Positions 14,021 to 27,620 of a stretch of 64,000 nucleotides of DNA are shown here, piece after piece. The notes below the pieces were generated by a model. That model was given only the letters and a program-made list of their open reading frames with translations. It ran no database searches and was not told the origin of the DNA. Position 1 is the first letter of the stretch; each line of letters starts with the position of its first letter. This stretch comes from the human T2T-CHM13v2.0 reference genome, Homo sapiens. Position numbers and translations under genes: made by a program. Where the stretch lies: the NCBI RefSeq assembly GCF_009914755.1, contig NC_060942.1, one strand, 5' to 3'.

Positions 14021-15774
14021 GCATTAAGAAGTTCTACGGTCTTCCCTCAATCTCTCTGTCATCTCCCCCAAAACACTAAATTTTGTGGAATTCCATTAAG
14101 AACTATATAGCATACTCCTAAAAACACATGTCTGCCGTTTTCACCTAAGATGCCACACTGACCCACAAATCCAGGTTGAGGGGTATCTGTCTTGACATTG
14201 TTTGAAGTCTACCACATTTTGTCAAAAGCCACCTTCCTCAAATATTATCGTCATTCGCAAGCCCCCCACAAGCACTTCCTCAGTCACTCTCCAAAGCTTG
14301 GATAAAGTTCATTCCCTGGAACTTTGGGCAACCAAATCACTAGCATTCATGAAAAAATACTGGAAAAGAAGGCTCAGCCCTAAACACTGAATAACTTCTT
14401 TGTTGACCCTCAAAAGATACAGGCAAATTTAAAGATTGTTCCATTTGTCAATTGATTAAAAAAATTATGAAACATAATTTAAGTTAGACGTGGGAGTGGT
14501 ACTAGCCAAATGCTATAGTCGAATTAGCTAACCATCTGTTGTACTGCCTAGAGACTTTCACATATATTATTTCCAAAAGTCATATTCAAAACATCTAGCA
14601 ACCAGCATAGTGTGCACCTAGGCCAATCAGACTAGGCTTCAGCCAGCTGTAAGCAGCCAGCACAGCTGGGCAACCTAGGTGAATTCCAGCCCTGTTAGTT
14701 CATGTAAGGTCCCCATTGGTGCTAAACCTGTTTTACCAATGGATTTAAGAAGGAACCCAAAGTGTGAAAATTCAGGCTTCAGGAAGTGAAGGGGTGGCCT
14801 GGATCAATCAGCTGGTAAATGATAGAGAGGAGATTCAAAGTCAGATTTCCCAACCCTTGCTCTCTCCTCCTCCCACTACACAGGTGCCCAAAAATACTCT
14901 CAGGGAGACAAAGTTGTCTGGAGCTCCACGCCACATCAGACAGCAAAGCTATTGGGACTACTCAGGAGACAATCTATTTAGACACCTTCTTAAGAGTATC
15001 AGGAGCCTGAGAGACGGGCATCCTCTGATCTCCAGCTTTCTACGGGGCTCACACCTCTCTGAATAGTTTCACTGTAATCTTCTCTGCTGCCTGTGACATG
15101 GGAGGCACTCACACTGGAGATGTGACTTGTTATGATGGAAGGATACATGACTTGGGATGATGGGAAGGTGGGTGAAAATTGTGGATGGAATTTTCAAGCA
15201 AAGGGAAATCTAAAAAATGATCTCAGCTTGAACTCCCACAGCGTGGTTTGGTTGCCTGCTTCCCTAGACGAGCTGTTCTGTTCGCTCTGGTCAGGACTTG
15301 GCATGGTCTATTGAAAGAATTTTCCTTTATTAGCATGGGGAGCAATGGCAGGATGGAAATGAGTGTTTTGAGAATGCTTGAGATAAAATCACTGGCAGAC
15401 TATTCAATATTTTCTATAATGATGAGACCTAACCTAACAAATTGGTCTGTCTCTCATCCTCTGGCCAGTCCTTTCTGACACTAGAGACCCAGTGGGCCTG
15501 AGGAGGGCAGCCTAGGAGGCCAATGTGGGTGGTCAGGCACCTGGGGACCAGGGTTCCAAAACCCTCCTCCTGTCGGCTCCCAATAGGGTGTTTGCCTGCC
15601 TAGACCGTGTCAGGCACAGAGTCAGCATTTGTTCAGGGACTGCTTGTTGATTGAATGAGTGAGTGAACGAGTGAAAGAAAGGATGAATAAATCAAACAGT
15701 GAATAAGTCAGTGAATAAAAGAGTGAGTGGGTGGTAGTAGCGGGTAAATGGGCAAGGGCAGTAATAGTCTTTTC

Positions 15775-16065
15775 TTTCTTTTTTTTACAATTGATACATA
15801 GTAATTATACATATTTATAGAGTACATGTGATATTTTGATACATGCATACAATACCTAACAAATCAGAGTGTTTAGGATACTCATCACCTCACTTATCAT
15901 TTCTTTGTGTTGGGAACATTTAAAATCTTCTCTTCCAGCTATTTTGAAATATATAATAAATTGCTAACTATAGCCAACTTACTGTGCTATTAAACACAAT
16001 AACTTATTCCTTCATCTAACTGTATGTTTGTACCCATTAATCAGCCTCTCTTTATCACCTCCCAA
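15775..16065 (-). mobile_element. L1MA-like 3' end fragment
   Basis: ttgatacatagtaattatacatatttatagagtacatgtgatattttgatacatgcatac...ttcctt catctaactgtatgtttgtacccattaa, typical antisense L1MA 3'UTR. Confidence 0.8.
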
Positions 16066-16087
16066 CCCTTCCCGAAGAACTTGATGT

Positions 16088-16376
16088 TTTTCTTCTTTTC
16101 TTTTTTTTTTTTTGAGACAGGGTCTCACTCCCATCTTCTGGGCTGGAGTGCAGTGGTACAATCACAGCTCTCTGCAGCCTCGACTTCCTGGGCTCAGGTG
16201 ATTCTCTCACCTCAGCCTCCCGAGTAGCTGGGACCACAGGTGCACACCCCCACGCCCATGTAATTTTTCTATTTTTAGTAGAGACGGGTTTTCATCATGT
16301 TGATCAGGCTGGTCTCAAACTCTTGGGCTCAAGTAATTCACCCGCTTCCATAGGGGTGAGTCACTGCACCCTGCCA
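16088..16376 (-). mobile_element. Alu SINE (AluJ-like, small internal deletion)
   Basis: ttgagacagggtctcactc...gcagcctcgacttcctgggctcagg...gtgagtcactgcaccctgcc. Confidence 0.92.
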
Positions 16377-17089
16377 ACATTTTTCAAAAGTAAAAAATAA
16401 ATTAAAAAAAAAGTCTTTAGTGGATTGCTGAGTCCCCTCTGACAGGAGGTACCAAATGTGCTTTTCCTGAGGACAGGGGAAGAGTTCACTATTCAGCCAT
16501 ACCTTTGCATATTTTACAAAATTCACTTCTACCAAGGATGCCTCTCCACAAAATGAGGAGTAGCACAAAGAACACCTAAGAAACCAGGCCTGACCCAGGG
16601 CCTCTGATGCTGGGGCAGGTTCCCCGCGTGCTAATATCCCAGGGGACCCTGTTGCAGTTCTCTGAATACCGGCTGTGAGCTTTCCAACTTCAGCTGAGTC
16701 CCAGCATCCTCCTCACACCACTTATCCTCCTTGCCTGTCCCTGGCGCGTTTAGACAACTGGAATCTTTGCTGACATTTTAAATGGGCTGGCTACTTCTCC
16801 AGCGTGGAGGCACCTAGCACAAGGTGTGATAGATCAGTATTTGTTGATGAGTAACAAAGTTATTCTGGCAAATTGGACTTTTCCCCTGAAACGTTTTGGC
16901 TTTTACATTTTTAATGATGGGTCAAGAAACAGCCCCCAAGAAGAAGGGGCGGAGATAGGGGGTAGGACCCTGCCTGAAGCTTCCAAGCTGACTCTGTTTG
17001 CAGTCACTTAATTCACTAGGGAGGGCTGGATCTGCCTCCCTGTGGTGGACTCTCCGCATCTCCAGAAAGTGCAGGGGTGGAGAATTAAC

Positions 17090-17730
17090 TCAGCCCCCCT
17101 CCTCCCCATAAGAGCCCCGCCAGGTCAGCCTGCATGAGGAGGGCACGTGCACACCTCCAAAAGGACTGGTGCAGCCACTTCCCTAAGCTCACAGTCCCAG
17201 TGTGAGCTCAGGGCCCAGACTCGGGGCCTCTGGTGTTTCAGGCGTGAGCCAAGTCCCCTGAGCAAGAGGCCTCATGATAAATCAGTTGGAGCCTGGGGGC
17301 CATGAAAGCATTGGTTATGGCAGAAACTACCAGCTCGTCACCGTTTATGCTGCTTTGCTTAAAAATGACACCGCGTAAGGGATTTTGCCAATTCCCAACC
17401 TCGGGAGATCACCCACCACCTGGCTGTGGTCCGCCGCTGAACAGGAAAGCACTCCGAGATGCCAAGAGACTAAAAGGCTCGTAACTGTTGTTTAGAAATG
17501 AAAATGGCCCTAAATTATAACCAGAGATGGAAGCGCGTCTCAGGGGAGGGCGGGGCGCTGTGTAATCGAGCCTCCCATGCGCAAGGCGGATACAAACGGT
17601 TTATGGATGTGGGCGAAGGTTCTCAGAGCAAAGAATGTCCATTTCCATCAGATTAAAATACAGTTTGGGAAAACAATTACCTGCCTGAGATCCTGGGAAA
17701 GTAAAACTTCCTGGTTTCTTTGCCAGGAAG
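17090..17730. promoter_or_regulatory. Putative enhancer/promoter-like region, locally CpG-enriched
   Basis: GC box gggcgggg 17548-17555, E-box cacgtg 17144-17149, catgcgca 17576-17583, ETS-like acttcctg ~17706; more CpGs than the flanks and repeat-free. Motif inference only. Confidence 0.35.
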
Positions 17731-18924
17731 AACGATTGTAAAACAAGGGCTGAGAATCTCCCAAACAAGATTTTAGAATTTTATCCAAACAGCTGCAGTT
17801 CACCTTTGAGGAGCCCCAGACTCACTTGGGTCTGATGGATGTTGCAACACCAAGTTTGAGGTCTCCCCAGCCTGGTGCCAAGAGTGGGCCCCAGGGGACA
17901 AACAGAGAACAGTTGCTCTCTTAATCGGAGTAGAAAACAAAACTCCCTCCCCTTCCCACCCCCAACCTCCCTGCTTTGTTGTGAAATTGTCACTGCGCCT
18001 TTGAGGAGTGATTAAAATCCCAGCCATGACCAATTTAAAGGGCAGGTTCCCAGGCAGGGAAGGGAAAGGGGTTCAAGGCAAAAAAAAAAAAAAAAAAAGT
18101 CAGTTGAAGTGAGTTTATGGAGGATTTGGGGATCACAAAAGTCATGGGACTTGAGTCAATTAAAATTAATGGAAAAGCACCAACATGCAATTTAAAAAAT
18201 AATAATAAAATAAAGCAGTAAGGATATTTCTGGCTTGCTCTCTGCTTCCATTCTTGAGCCTGCTTGGGAATCTTGGAGCAGACTTCCTGAAGCACAGCAT
18301 GAGTGCCCAATGGCTGTTTTAACCTATTTTCCTGCCCTTCACACACAAAGATTCTGCAATGGAGAGTGGGAATGAATGGTCCACCCACCCCTGAACATTT
18401 CCTGTGAGTTGGGAATGCGCTCAGTAAGGCTGCTGGAGTGGAGGGAAAAGAAAAGGTGTCTGAGTTCTCTAGACATGGGCAGAAAAGGAGAGAATTTGAG
18501 ACAGGCTGAGAGAAAGCTGCTCCGGTTGGCAGCATTGCCAGATTCTCAGACACACCGTACATTCCAGCCCCCGAAAAGGCCATCCTGAGTCCCTCTAGGG
18601 CCCCTGGGGCTCTCATCTCATCCCAAATATTTGGAACTGTCTGTGCCTGCTATAATACACAAGAGCCCCTTCCCATGTTTTCTCCTGGTGCTATTTGTAA
18701 AGGTGAGGAAAGGTAACGATACCAAAGGAGTTCTAATCCTATGGGCTTGGTTCCCAGAAAGCCCTATGTTGCGGTGCGGAAGGCAGGTAAGGAGGCGAAG
18801 GTTCCCAACTCCACCTAGGGGAGGGAGCATATCTCAGCAAAGGACTCAGTCTTTACCCAGCCTGAATCTTACCTGTGGTCCTTGGATGGACACTCACATT
18901 GATTAAGTCAAGAGATTCCGATCA

Positions 18925-19070
18925 AGCCCTCTCATCCTCATTCCTACGGTGGGGATGATAATAGTACCTAACTCGCCGGTGAGAGTTCTTATGACGATGA
19001 AATGAGTTGCCAGGTATTATAGTGTTTAGAATGCAGCATAGCACAGAGTAGCTCAACAGATGCTCGATTT
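18925..19070 (+). mobile_element. MIR fragment
   Basis: ggggatgataatagtacctaactc...gatgaaatgagtt...agcatagcacagagtagctcaaca. Confidence 0.65.
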
Positions 19071-20619
19071 CATTGCTGTTGTAAGTGTCCTTATTCTCTG
19101 ATTGATCATTCATTTAGCTTTCTCTTTTCTCACTCAATGAGACTTCTGCAGTATTGTGATGAATGTCTTATAGCTATCCCTTTCATGAAAGACCTCAGAG
19201 CCCCAAGTTACAAAAGCACATGGCCATCTACGCAATCTATCAATTAAGCACTATGCTTCACCTGATTAGGAAACCCTTACCTTTCGGCATCATTCCTTCT
19301 TCCCTTTCATTTTCCTCCCTTCTTCTCCCTTCCAAACCCACTACACATGCCTAGCTGATATTTTATTAACCCCTGACGGCTTATGGAAAATGTGTTTTAG
19401 CCATAGGAACACTGATGTCCTATAGCCAAGTTGCTTTTCTGAATCAGACACCAGCTCCCTAGCCAAATGGGGAAGAGCAGGGAAGGGAGATATTAAAATC
19501 CTTTGCTAAAGCAGAAGCTCTGGGTGTTGCTAGGAAGTCTTGCTCTTCAGCAAAAACTGCAGCAGGAATCCCTTCTCCTCCTTTGTGAAACGGAAAACAA
19601 ACGGCTTGCTCCGATTCCCCGGCTCTATGGGGGCTGCTGAGCAGCACTGCTTCCCCTGGAGAGAGAAGGTGGAGGCAGAAGCTGTCCGCCCACCCCACCC
19701 CAGACCGCCCACCCCACCCCAGGCTTAATCTCCATGGCGTTTTCCACTTTCCCAGGCTGACCACGGCAACGTGAATGCTTCGCTGCCAGCCAGCTGAGTA
19801 CTGCCCTTGGTGAGAACTCTGCCTCGGAGAAGCAGGGGGAACTGAAGCTGCATTGTAGGATAGGGGGTCTCCAGCCAATGCTCCTAGACCCCCTACTAGT
19901 GATGGGGCTCTCAAACTACTAGTGATGGGGCTCTCCATCATCAAGGTCCCTTAGCCCTCCAGCTCCCGGGCCTCTCAGGGCTCCTACGGTAGCTGCTCCT
20001 ATGGGCAGACACATCCCTTTTCCTATTATAGTTACAGCAAAAACAATAAGCAGTAAATCCACCAAGGGTCCTGTGGGCTCCCACAGACCAACATTCCCAC
20101 AATGCCCAGTGGAAACGTGTCAGTGTACAGACGCTTTGATTCATTGTGATCCAAGGGGCTTTTCATGCCTTTAAAAACAAATATTAATGTGGAGAAGATG
20201 CTTTGTTTCACCATGCACTCTCATGGCTCACGACGGAGGCCCCAAATGTAAAGCTTTCAGGACAAGCAAGTGCAACATGCAAGACAGACCAGTCATTTTT
20301 ACCTCTGCCACCAGAAATGAAAAAGCGTTTTCTCCTTGTTTGGCTGCAGGTTACTAATTTGGAGGATGCCAGTTTTAGAGTTCATCTCAGTTTGACTTGT
20401 AAATGAAAGGTGGAACCTAGCCAAAATTACCCCTGTGTGGCTGCTGGCCCTGGCACGCCTCGCATACCCCTCTTTCCTATGTTGAGGTGGGACAGTCACT
20501 GAAATCATTAGAAAGAGCAACTAGGAGGTGCAAAACAAGCCCTGGAAGGCAGTAAAGCTCTGTGAGCAACACAGAATCTCTCTCTCTCAGCTTTGCGATT
20601 GGGACCTTCACCTGTAGAG

Positions 20620-20752
20620 AGGATCCCAAGCACTGGCCGTCAGAATCACCCAGGGCGCTTGGGAAAAATGCAGATGCCTGGACCCGTCAGTGAGCCCGGA
20701 CCTCTGTGTTTCTTTTTAGCTCTCCTAAAACAACATTTCAGAACCACTGCCT
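20620..20752. mobile_element. MER5A-like hAT-Charlie DNA transposon remnant
   Basis: tcagaatcacccagggcgcttgggaaaaatgcagatgcctggaccc...tttcagaaccactg. Confidence 0.65.
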
Positions 20753-21279
20753 TTCAGCACAGCAGAGAGAATGAAGTTATGGGGAGGGTTAACTTGAAAT
20801 AGAGTTGTGGACTTCTTCTAAGGTCTATCATCATTAAGCTTCCCTTGCAGAATGTCAGACATGTGTCCAACTTCACCATCATCCTATCAAATCCACATGA
20901 CAACCTGCAAGTACGATTTGACGTCTCTGTTTTGTGGATGAAGAAACAGAAGCTAAGAGACATTCCAGTGAACTCTGGATCTGGAAATCCACGGCTAGGA
21001 AGCAGTCTGTCTGATGGGAAGGGCAGATGCATGCAGGTTCCACAGAAGGAGCCCTGCCTCCTCTTCTGAGCCTCTCTTGGTTCCTCACGTCCAAGTGCAG
21101 GGTCAGAGATGGGGCAGGCACATCGTCCTTTTGCTGGGGATCTCCAGGCACCTGCTGGGGGGCATCTCCTTACTTCACCACCTCTGGCCAGCCCTTGATT
21201 TCTTCCTTCTCCCTGGTTCCAATCTTCTCCCCTTATCTTGCTCTGCCTTCCTCTTTCCTCCTTTCTCTTTTCCCAGAGA

Positions 21280-21440
21280 GTAGTTAGTCTCAATCTTGCA
21301 AACACAGTGAAATCACTTGGAGAGCACTGGGTCTTATCCTTAGGGAGTGTGGCAGAATTGATTTGGGGTGTGGCTTGGACACCAGAACTTTTAAATACTC
21401 CAGGCTGATTCTAGTGGACAGCCAAGGTTGGAAGCTGTTC
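21280..21440. mobile_element. MER5A-like remnant
   Basis: tctcaatcttg...gaaatcacttggagagc...ttggggtgtggcttggacacc...ctccaggctgattctagtggacagccaaggttgg. Confidence 0.65.
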
Positions 21441-21946
21441 CCTATCCAGAGCTGTCAGCCACAGCCTGCACAATCAGGAGATTCACCTGGACATGCTCAG
21501 GCTGAAGAGGGTCTGGCCACCAGCCCACGGTTTGAAACAGAGCCCTGTGAAGAAGGATCAGGTGGTCCCAGTGCCAGTCCAGCCACATCTGTACTGAGAA
21601 AACACAGAGCTACCACCAGCTGACCGCATGGAGCGAGGATCCTAACACCTGATGGACAAAATGCGTCCTTGGCTGGCCTCTGCAGAGAAGGGACTGTGGA
21701 AAAACATATGCTGCTCCCTTGAGACCGGGGGATGTCCACAGGGTGGGTGACAGGAAGAAGAGAGAGCAGCTACCACAGCCACCCTGCATATTAAACAGCC
21801 TGAAACAAGGGGTGGCTGTGCAAACTCCATTCTCCTGCCATAAATTAGACCATAAAACAGGCTTCATTGGCCCATTCTGCAAATCAACTCTGCAGTTTTA
21901 TTACACACACAAACATGCATACCACATGTAGGACAAAAAAATTTTG

Positions 21947-22159
21947 CATAGAGTTCTGCTTTGCACTAATCTCTTTAAGGAAATTTTACAGACGGTAAAT
22001 AAAACCTCATGTCCCTACCTGGGGTATTTGCCTGAAGATAAGAGCAACTCATTGCAAAAGGATTCCTGCTGTAAGACAGACTGTAGCCCATCAGGGGAGA
22101 GCAGGATGGAAACAGAGGCTTCCTGAAATACTTGAAGGGTTCTGCAAACTGTTGAAGCC
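21947..22159 (+). repeat. Dispersed direct duplication, copy 1 (213 bp)
   Basis: Aligns without gaps to 23693-23905; 16 mismatches counted by eye (~92%). Confidence 0.95.
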
Positions 22160-23692
22160 ACGGTACTGCCTGGAGCACTCAGCACCGAGCTGGGCATGCC
22201 TAGGTCACTGACGAATCTCTGTCAATGCACAAATGAGCAGATGCATGTCACACTGATGATGGGGCTCAGACCCACCCCTTGCTATGGACAAGGAAGTGCT
22301 GGGGAAGGAAAACAAACACAAAACCTTCCACCCGAAGTAAGATCAGCTGGCAGATGAGCGTGCAGAAGGGGTAACAGCAACTCATGGAGGGCAAGCCACC
22401 AGAGAGGGCAGGAAATGACCCCTCTGGACACCTCCCTCTTGGCTGTGGGCTAGCAGTGAGGGAGAGAAAGAAGAGGGCAGGTGTCTGCTCCTCTATTGCC
22501 CCAGGAGAGGAAAATGCCCCCCACCCCCACCCAGGAGTTGGTGTTGTGGCTCACATCACAGCAGGCTTCATGGAAGTTGAGCTATTATGGCGAAGAGGGT
22601 GAGGTGGGGCACAGAGCTGTTTGGGACACAGGACTTGCTCTCCCCATGGGCATGGGACAGCTGTTCCTCATGAGAGACAGCTGCAGATGGGGCCTCCGCG
22701 CTTGGCCATCAGCTCAGCTGTGCCCGTGGGTACCTCAGAGGGCCAAAGCAGCCTCTAGATGAGAGAAAGTTCAAAGACAACAAGAAGTAAACCAATTCTG
22801 AAAAAGGCGACTGAAGACAAGGGCTGGCAATGGCATCATTCCATGTGTGGAAGGAGTTCAGAAGAAAGGAAACACGCCATCGCCTTCTGCATGGGGCGGG
22901 GGCGGGGGGCTTAAACAGATGTCTGAGAATTGTATATGGACATCTGTAATCACACAGTTTCCATAGTAAACATTTGCCTGGAGAGAATTCTTTTGCTCTC
23001 TTCTTTTTCCCATCTCTTGTGTACATTAAACAGTGCAATTTATGTTAGCAAGAATAACCACACACCTCTCTCACCACCCTTCTTTGAGTGTATCTTAAGG
23101 CAGCACTCCATTATGCTGTGGAAGGAGCCTGCATGGGGCCCTGCCCTCAAACATACCATCCCCAGGACCACAGTGGCACAGACGCATGACAGAGCAGAAG
23201 AGAAAAAGGCCCCGCAAAGAAACAGAATGGTCCCAATCCTGAAGTGTTTGATTACAACTCAACTGAGTACCTGCAGGAGACAGAGCTACCAATCAGAGCA
23301 GGGACTCATCGGCTGCTGGTTGAGAGGCCAACGCTGGCCTTGGCCATGGATAAGGAGCCTTGACCAACTACCTAAGAAGACCTTGGGAATGCACGTGTGG
23401 GCTCAGCTTGACACCGACCCACTCTTCTAACTTCCTGTATTCAGATTCTGTGCTCACCAAGCTGCCTCTGCAGCATATCTGGCTTCCTAGGAAAACTTCC
23501 CTGCAGAGAGAGCATGGGCTGGCCAGGCAAGCATGAATATTAATCTGAAATATTCTCATTACAGATGAATACACTGGCATTCTTGTTTGAACACCTATAT
23601 AGTTGGCTTTTAATGGGTGTCAGCCCCTAAGAGATGGATCTGGCCTTTGAGGGATGAACAGATCAGATCTTCAAGCATGCCAGGAGGAAGTC

Positions 23693-23905
23693 CATAGAGC
23701 TCTGCTTTGCACCAATCTCTTTAGGGAAATTTTGCAGACTGTAAATAAAACCTCATATCCCCATCTGGGGCATTTGCCTGAAGATAAGTGCAACTCATTG
23801 CAAAAGGATTCCTGCTGTAATACAGACTGTAGCCCATCAGGGGAGAGTAGGATGGAAGCAGAGGCTTCCTGAAATATTTGAAGGCTTCTGTAAACTGTTG
23901 AAGCC
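23693..23905 (+). repeat. Dispersed direct duplication, copy 2 (213 bp)
   Basis: catagagctctgctttgcac...aaactgttgaagcc matches 21947-22159. Confidence 0.95.
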
Positions 23906-24689
23906 CCCCGACCATGATGAATTCAGCAAGTAATGCCATCCTTGAAGGCGCCTTGAGGGCCATACTCTTAGTCTTCCCCTGATGACATCCGAGTAAGTTG
24001 TTGAAAGTCTTTCTTGGCCACTTCTTGAATTTCTACCCTTCTTCTTGAATGTAGACTGTAGACTCAGAAACGACCCTGAGTTTTCCAGGGTCTGGATGTC
24101 TGAATGTGATCAATGTGGCCCCAGAAGCAGTGGGCATCTTGGTTCCACTCCTTAGCGACACTGCCAACTTCACAGCTGATAATCACTCCTGACCTGCTAA
24201 ATCCTCCGGTCCTGTCCAATTCTGATCCAATCAGACTGAAAGCCAGGCAAGAAAGGCTAACCAGAGGGAGTTATGAGAGATGCTTGCTCTCACAGAACAC
24301 AGGCTTTGGTTGGGAAGACATAACATATACATGAAATGGTCAAACATATTCAGTGTCACAAATGAAAATACAGCCCACACTGATCAAGAAGTGAGTAGGC
24401 CAGAATTGGGTGGCATTAATCTTAAAAGGATTTCTGAAGGAAGTATTTCTATGGAAAAGCAGTGTCGTGATAAAAGGACAGGTCTTCAGGTCAATTCTTT
24501 GGGTTCTAACGTCTGACTATTTGTGATTTCACAAAGTATGGTCAAGGCTAGGTGAGTGGGGTAGGAACAAAGTGCTTGACATACAGAGATGCTAAAAAAA
24601 GTGTCCTTACAAATATCCCTGCAAGGGAAAGGATGAGAAGAGACAAGAAGAAGAAAATCTGAAGTGTTTCCTTCAGGGCTAGCTGCTTT

Positions 24690-25060
24690 CCATATGGTAT
24701 CTCATTTGATTCTCACAGTCACACTGTAAGATGTTTATTATCCTTTGCATCTTACAAAGAAGAAACCAAAGGTCAAGGTTAAGTAACCTATCTAAAGTCA
24801 TTCTGCTGATCTGTGGCAGAGTCTAGGTAGTAACCCTCACTCTGTGTCAGGCATTATTCTAAATGTTTTATTTGTATTAATTATTTCGGCTTCACAACCC
24901 TATGAGGTAGGTACTATCCTTAACCCCACTTACTAAGGAGGAAACTGAGGCACAGAGAGGTTAAGTAACTTGCCCAAAGTCAACACAGCTAGTAAGTAAC
25001 AGAGCCAGGACTTGAACCCAGGCAATCTGGGTCCTGAGTTTGGAATGCTAACCACTTTAC
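24690..25060 (-). mobile_element. Two adjacent MIR SINEs
   Basis: tcacaaccctatgaggtaggtactat...gaggaaactgaggcacagagaggttaagtaacttgcccaaagtc is a clear antisense MIR core; a more diverged core lies at 24700-24830. Confidence 0.85.
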
Positions 25061-27409
25061 TATCTTTTTCCATTACATATGCCATACTGCCTCTCTTTGA
25101 AGAATATTTATGAACAGACAAAACTGTCAAAACAGCTTGGAGCTTTAGGATGAATATTTTAAATATTATAAATCCCTCACTCGTAGGGGAGTGGTTGTTT
25201 GATATGGTTTCTGCTGATCACTCAGTAATCTATCCAAGACAGTGATGTGCACAGACTATTTTGGTTTCAGTTAATATATAGCACCATATAAACATTGACT
25301 CAACTGGAGAGCCTGAACAATAAATTATCACTAGCTCAAGTGCTAAAATAGCACTTGCTTTTCTCTGTGCCTGAGCATGCTATCTATTTATACTTTGCTT
25401 ACTTCTGTGGAGTTCAAACTGCTTTATGCACATTTCATCATTGCTGTACTTACATGGATTTATTGTCTTTATTATACACATGTGACTAATGTACCACACA
25501 ACGCTTAATATTTACTACAGGAATCTCAGTTTTCAACTAGCTTTTTAATCTATGGGTATTACTGACTGCCTTTAATTTATAATTAGTGGAAGTCTGCTAA
25601 CAATAAAAACCATAGCATTTTACTGTTTATCTTTTAGCTCAATTCATTTTGTACATGATATGACCATTCTTGTTCTTGAGTATGAACCATATATTATTTT
25701 CTGGCCTTTCTTTACAATTCCACTTATGGCTGACCTTGAACCAGAATAGGTCTGTGATTTTACTTTCCAAAGTCCAATACATGTATTTTTCTTTTGTTCA
25801 TGTTGATATCTGCATTGGCACACGTGAATTTCCAAATTTGGTCTTCACCTTTTCAGTTTTCATAGGCAAAAAATAAATTTGGATGATGCAATAGTCAGTA
25901 AAGAACTCCAAACAAAGGTTTTCTTGACTAGCTGGAGGATATATGGAAATCCCTAACTGTGGTGTATATAAACTGTAAACCCAAGTTTATACATTGTCAG
26001 GAGTTAATAGAACTTAAGATTTAGTAGCATTCTTTAGTACTAGATTCATAAAGAGAAATGAAGAAAGAATTGTCATTTGATGTTTTTGTCCTGACAAATA
26101 AAAATAGCCAACTGCTTAGCCCACAGCTGGGGCATTCTGTTTTCTTTTGTCTTCTTTTCATGTGAATATCCATCTTCATTATTGAAAACAGAAACTCCAA
26201 CCTTAAGCATTTCCCTGTTTTTGCAAAAAGGATATTATATCAACAGTCCCTTTTAAGAACAGGAAGTTATCGTTTCATTCTACACAAGTCCCTACAGTTT
26301 TCATCTTGCCCTGGTGTGTCATCTGTCAGTGTGACTTTAGGAAGGTGAGACAGGTATGGCCAGATATGAGAGATTTTTAAAAGTCACAGTGTCAACAATG
26401 GTGTTATAAGGGGAGTGTTTAGTAACAGAGCCATTTATTTTAGGAATGTTTTTGTACCCTGGTAATCCTGATATGATAAGGCTTTAACAAGGTCAACTAA
26501 GTAACCTGTAGTCAATATCCTCATTCAAGAGAGGTCAGATGCTTGGGGACTCACAGCTGTACAGATGTACTGTGTGCCCTTTTATCTCTCCCTTATGCAC
26601 ATGCCGTTCTCTCTACCTAGATAAGTGGGCACCTCTACCTCTATGATTTCTCTTTCAGGACTCCGTGTAGTTATCATTTCCTCTAAAAAGCCTTTCCTAA
26701 AACCAAGTTGGATGTCTGTTTTGTGGGCACAGCCCCCTACACCCACCCCACTTATCCTAATGGGTTGAAAATACCAGGAAAAACTTCAGATAAAGACCAT
26801 GCCCCAGTAAATAGCTGAATAAAGAACAGGTGAAGGGTGTCAGAAAAGCAAGAAATGGAGACAGAGGCTTGGAATGGTCTTCCTAGTATTGTTGTTGTTA
26901 CCTCTACATGGCCACCCTGGGGGTACACGTGGAGCTGTGGAAATCTCTAAAATCAAAACCAGGCCAGGCTTAGAATTAGTTCGACTAATACAGATTACGT
27001 TACTTGAATGTTTTCAAATGCAGATTTTGCTTTTTTATTTTTCTTTGCTCTTTATCTCATTAAAATAAACAGTGGTATGGCATTCCCATTTGAACCAGGT
27101 CCAGCTCTGAAAGCTGGAGCAGTCTTCAGATGGCATGCTCCATTTGGCCCCTGCTCATAGGGCTGGCGTTCAGACCATGGAAATATCAGCAGAATCGAAT
27201 GCACTTGGGCAGTTTCCATAAACTTTGTAAGTATACGATCAAAGTTAAGACAAATGGGAAACACAGAATAATTAATAACAATGGTGAGTGGAAAATGCTA
27301 GCAAGCCATAACAATCCAAAGCATGTTTTCTATCTCTTTTTAAGCAGCTATCTGTCTTACCCACAAAGACACTGCCTGAAAAATGAATTCACCAGCTCTA
27401 TATCTGAGG

Positions 27410-27620
27410 CAGAATGACATATGGAAATAGTACAGTCTTTGGCGTTAGACCTGAGTTTCAGTGCTAGCTCTGAAACTTACTTGCTGGCTGCATGGCTTTA
27501 GCAAGTTCCTTAAGATGGCAGGGCCTCTGCTTCCTCATCAACTTTTACAATTTTGGAGGTTTAGAGAAAATATAAGTACAAGTGTTTAGCACATCATAGG
27601 GGTTCAATAAGGGATGACTA
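27410..27620 (+). mobile_element. MIR SINE
   Basis: agacctgagtttcagtgctagctctgaaacttacttgctggctgcatggctttagcaagttccttaa...cctctgcttcctcatc. Confidence 0.7.

Noticed and set aside
13690-14110. ORFs such as LECSGMIS.../[15 protein letters not shown] (also at 2.2, 11.8, 41.5, 50.5, 51.6 and 54.2 kb)
   Set aside because: Standard Alu-derived translations
25337-25357. 9-bp hairpin caagtgcta-aaa-tagcacttg
   Set aside because: Too short for a pre-miRNA or a functional call; isolated hairpins of this size can occur by chance
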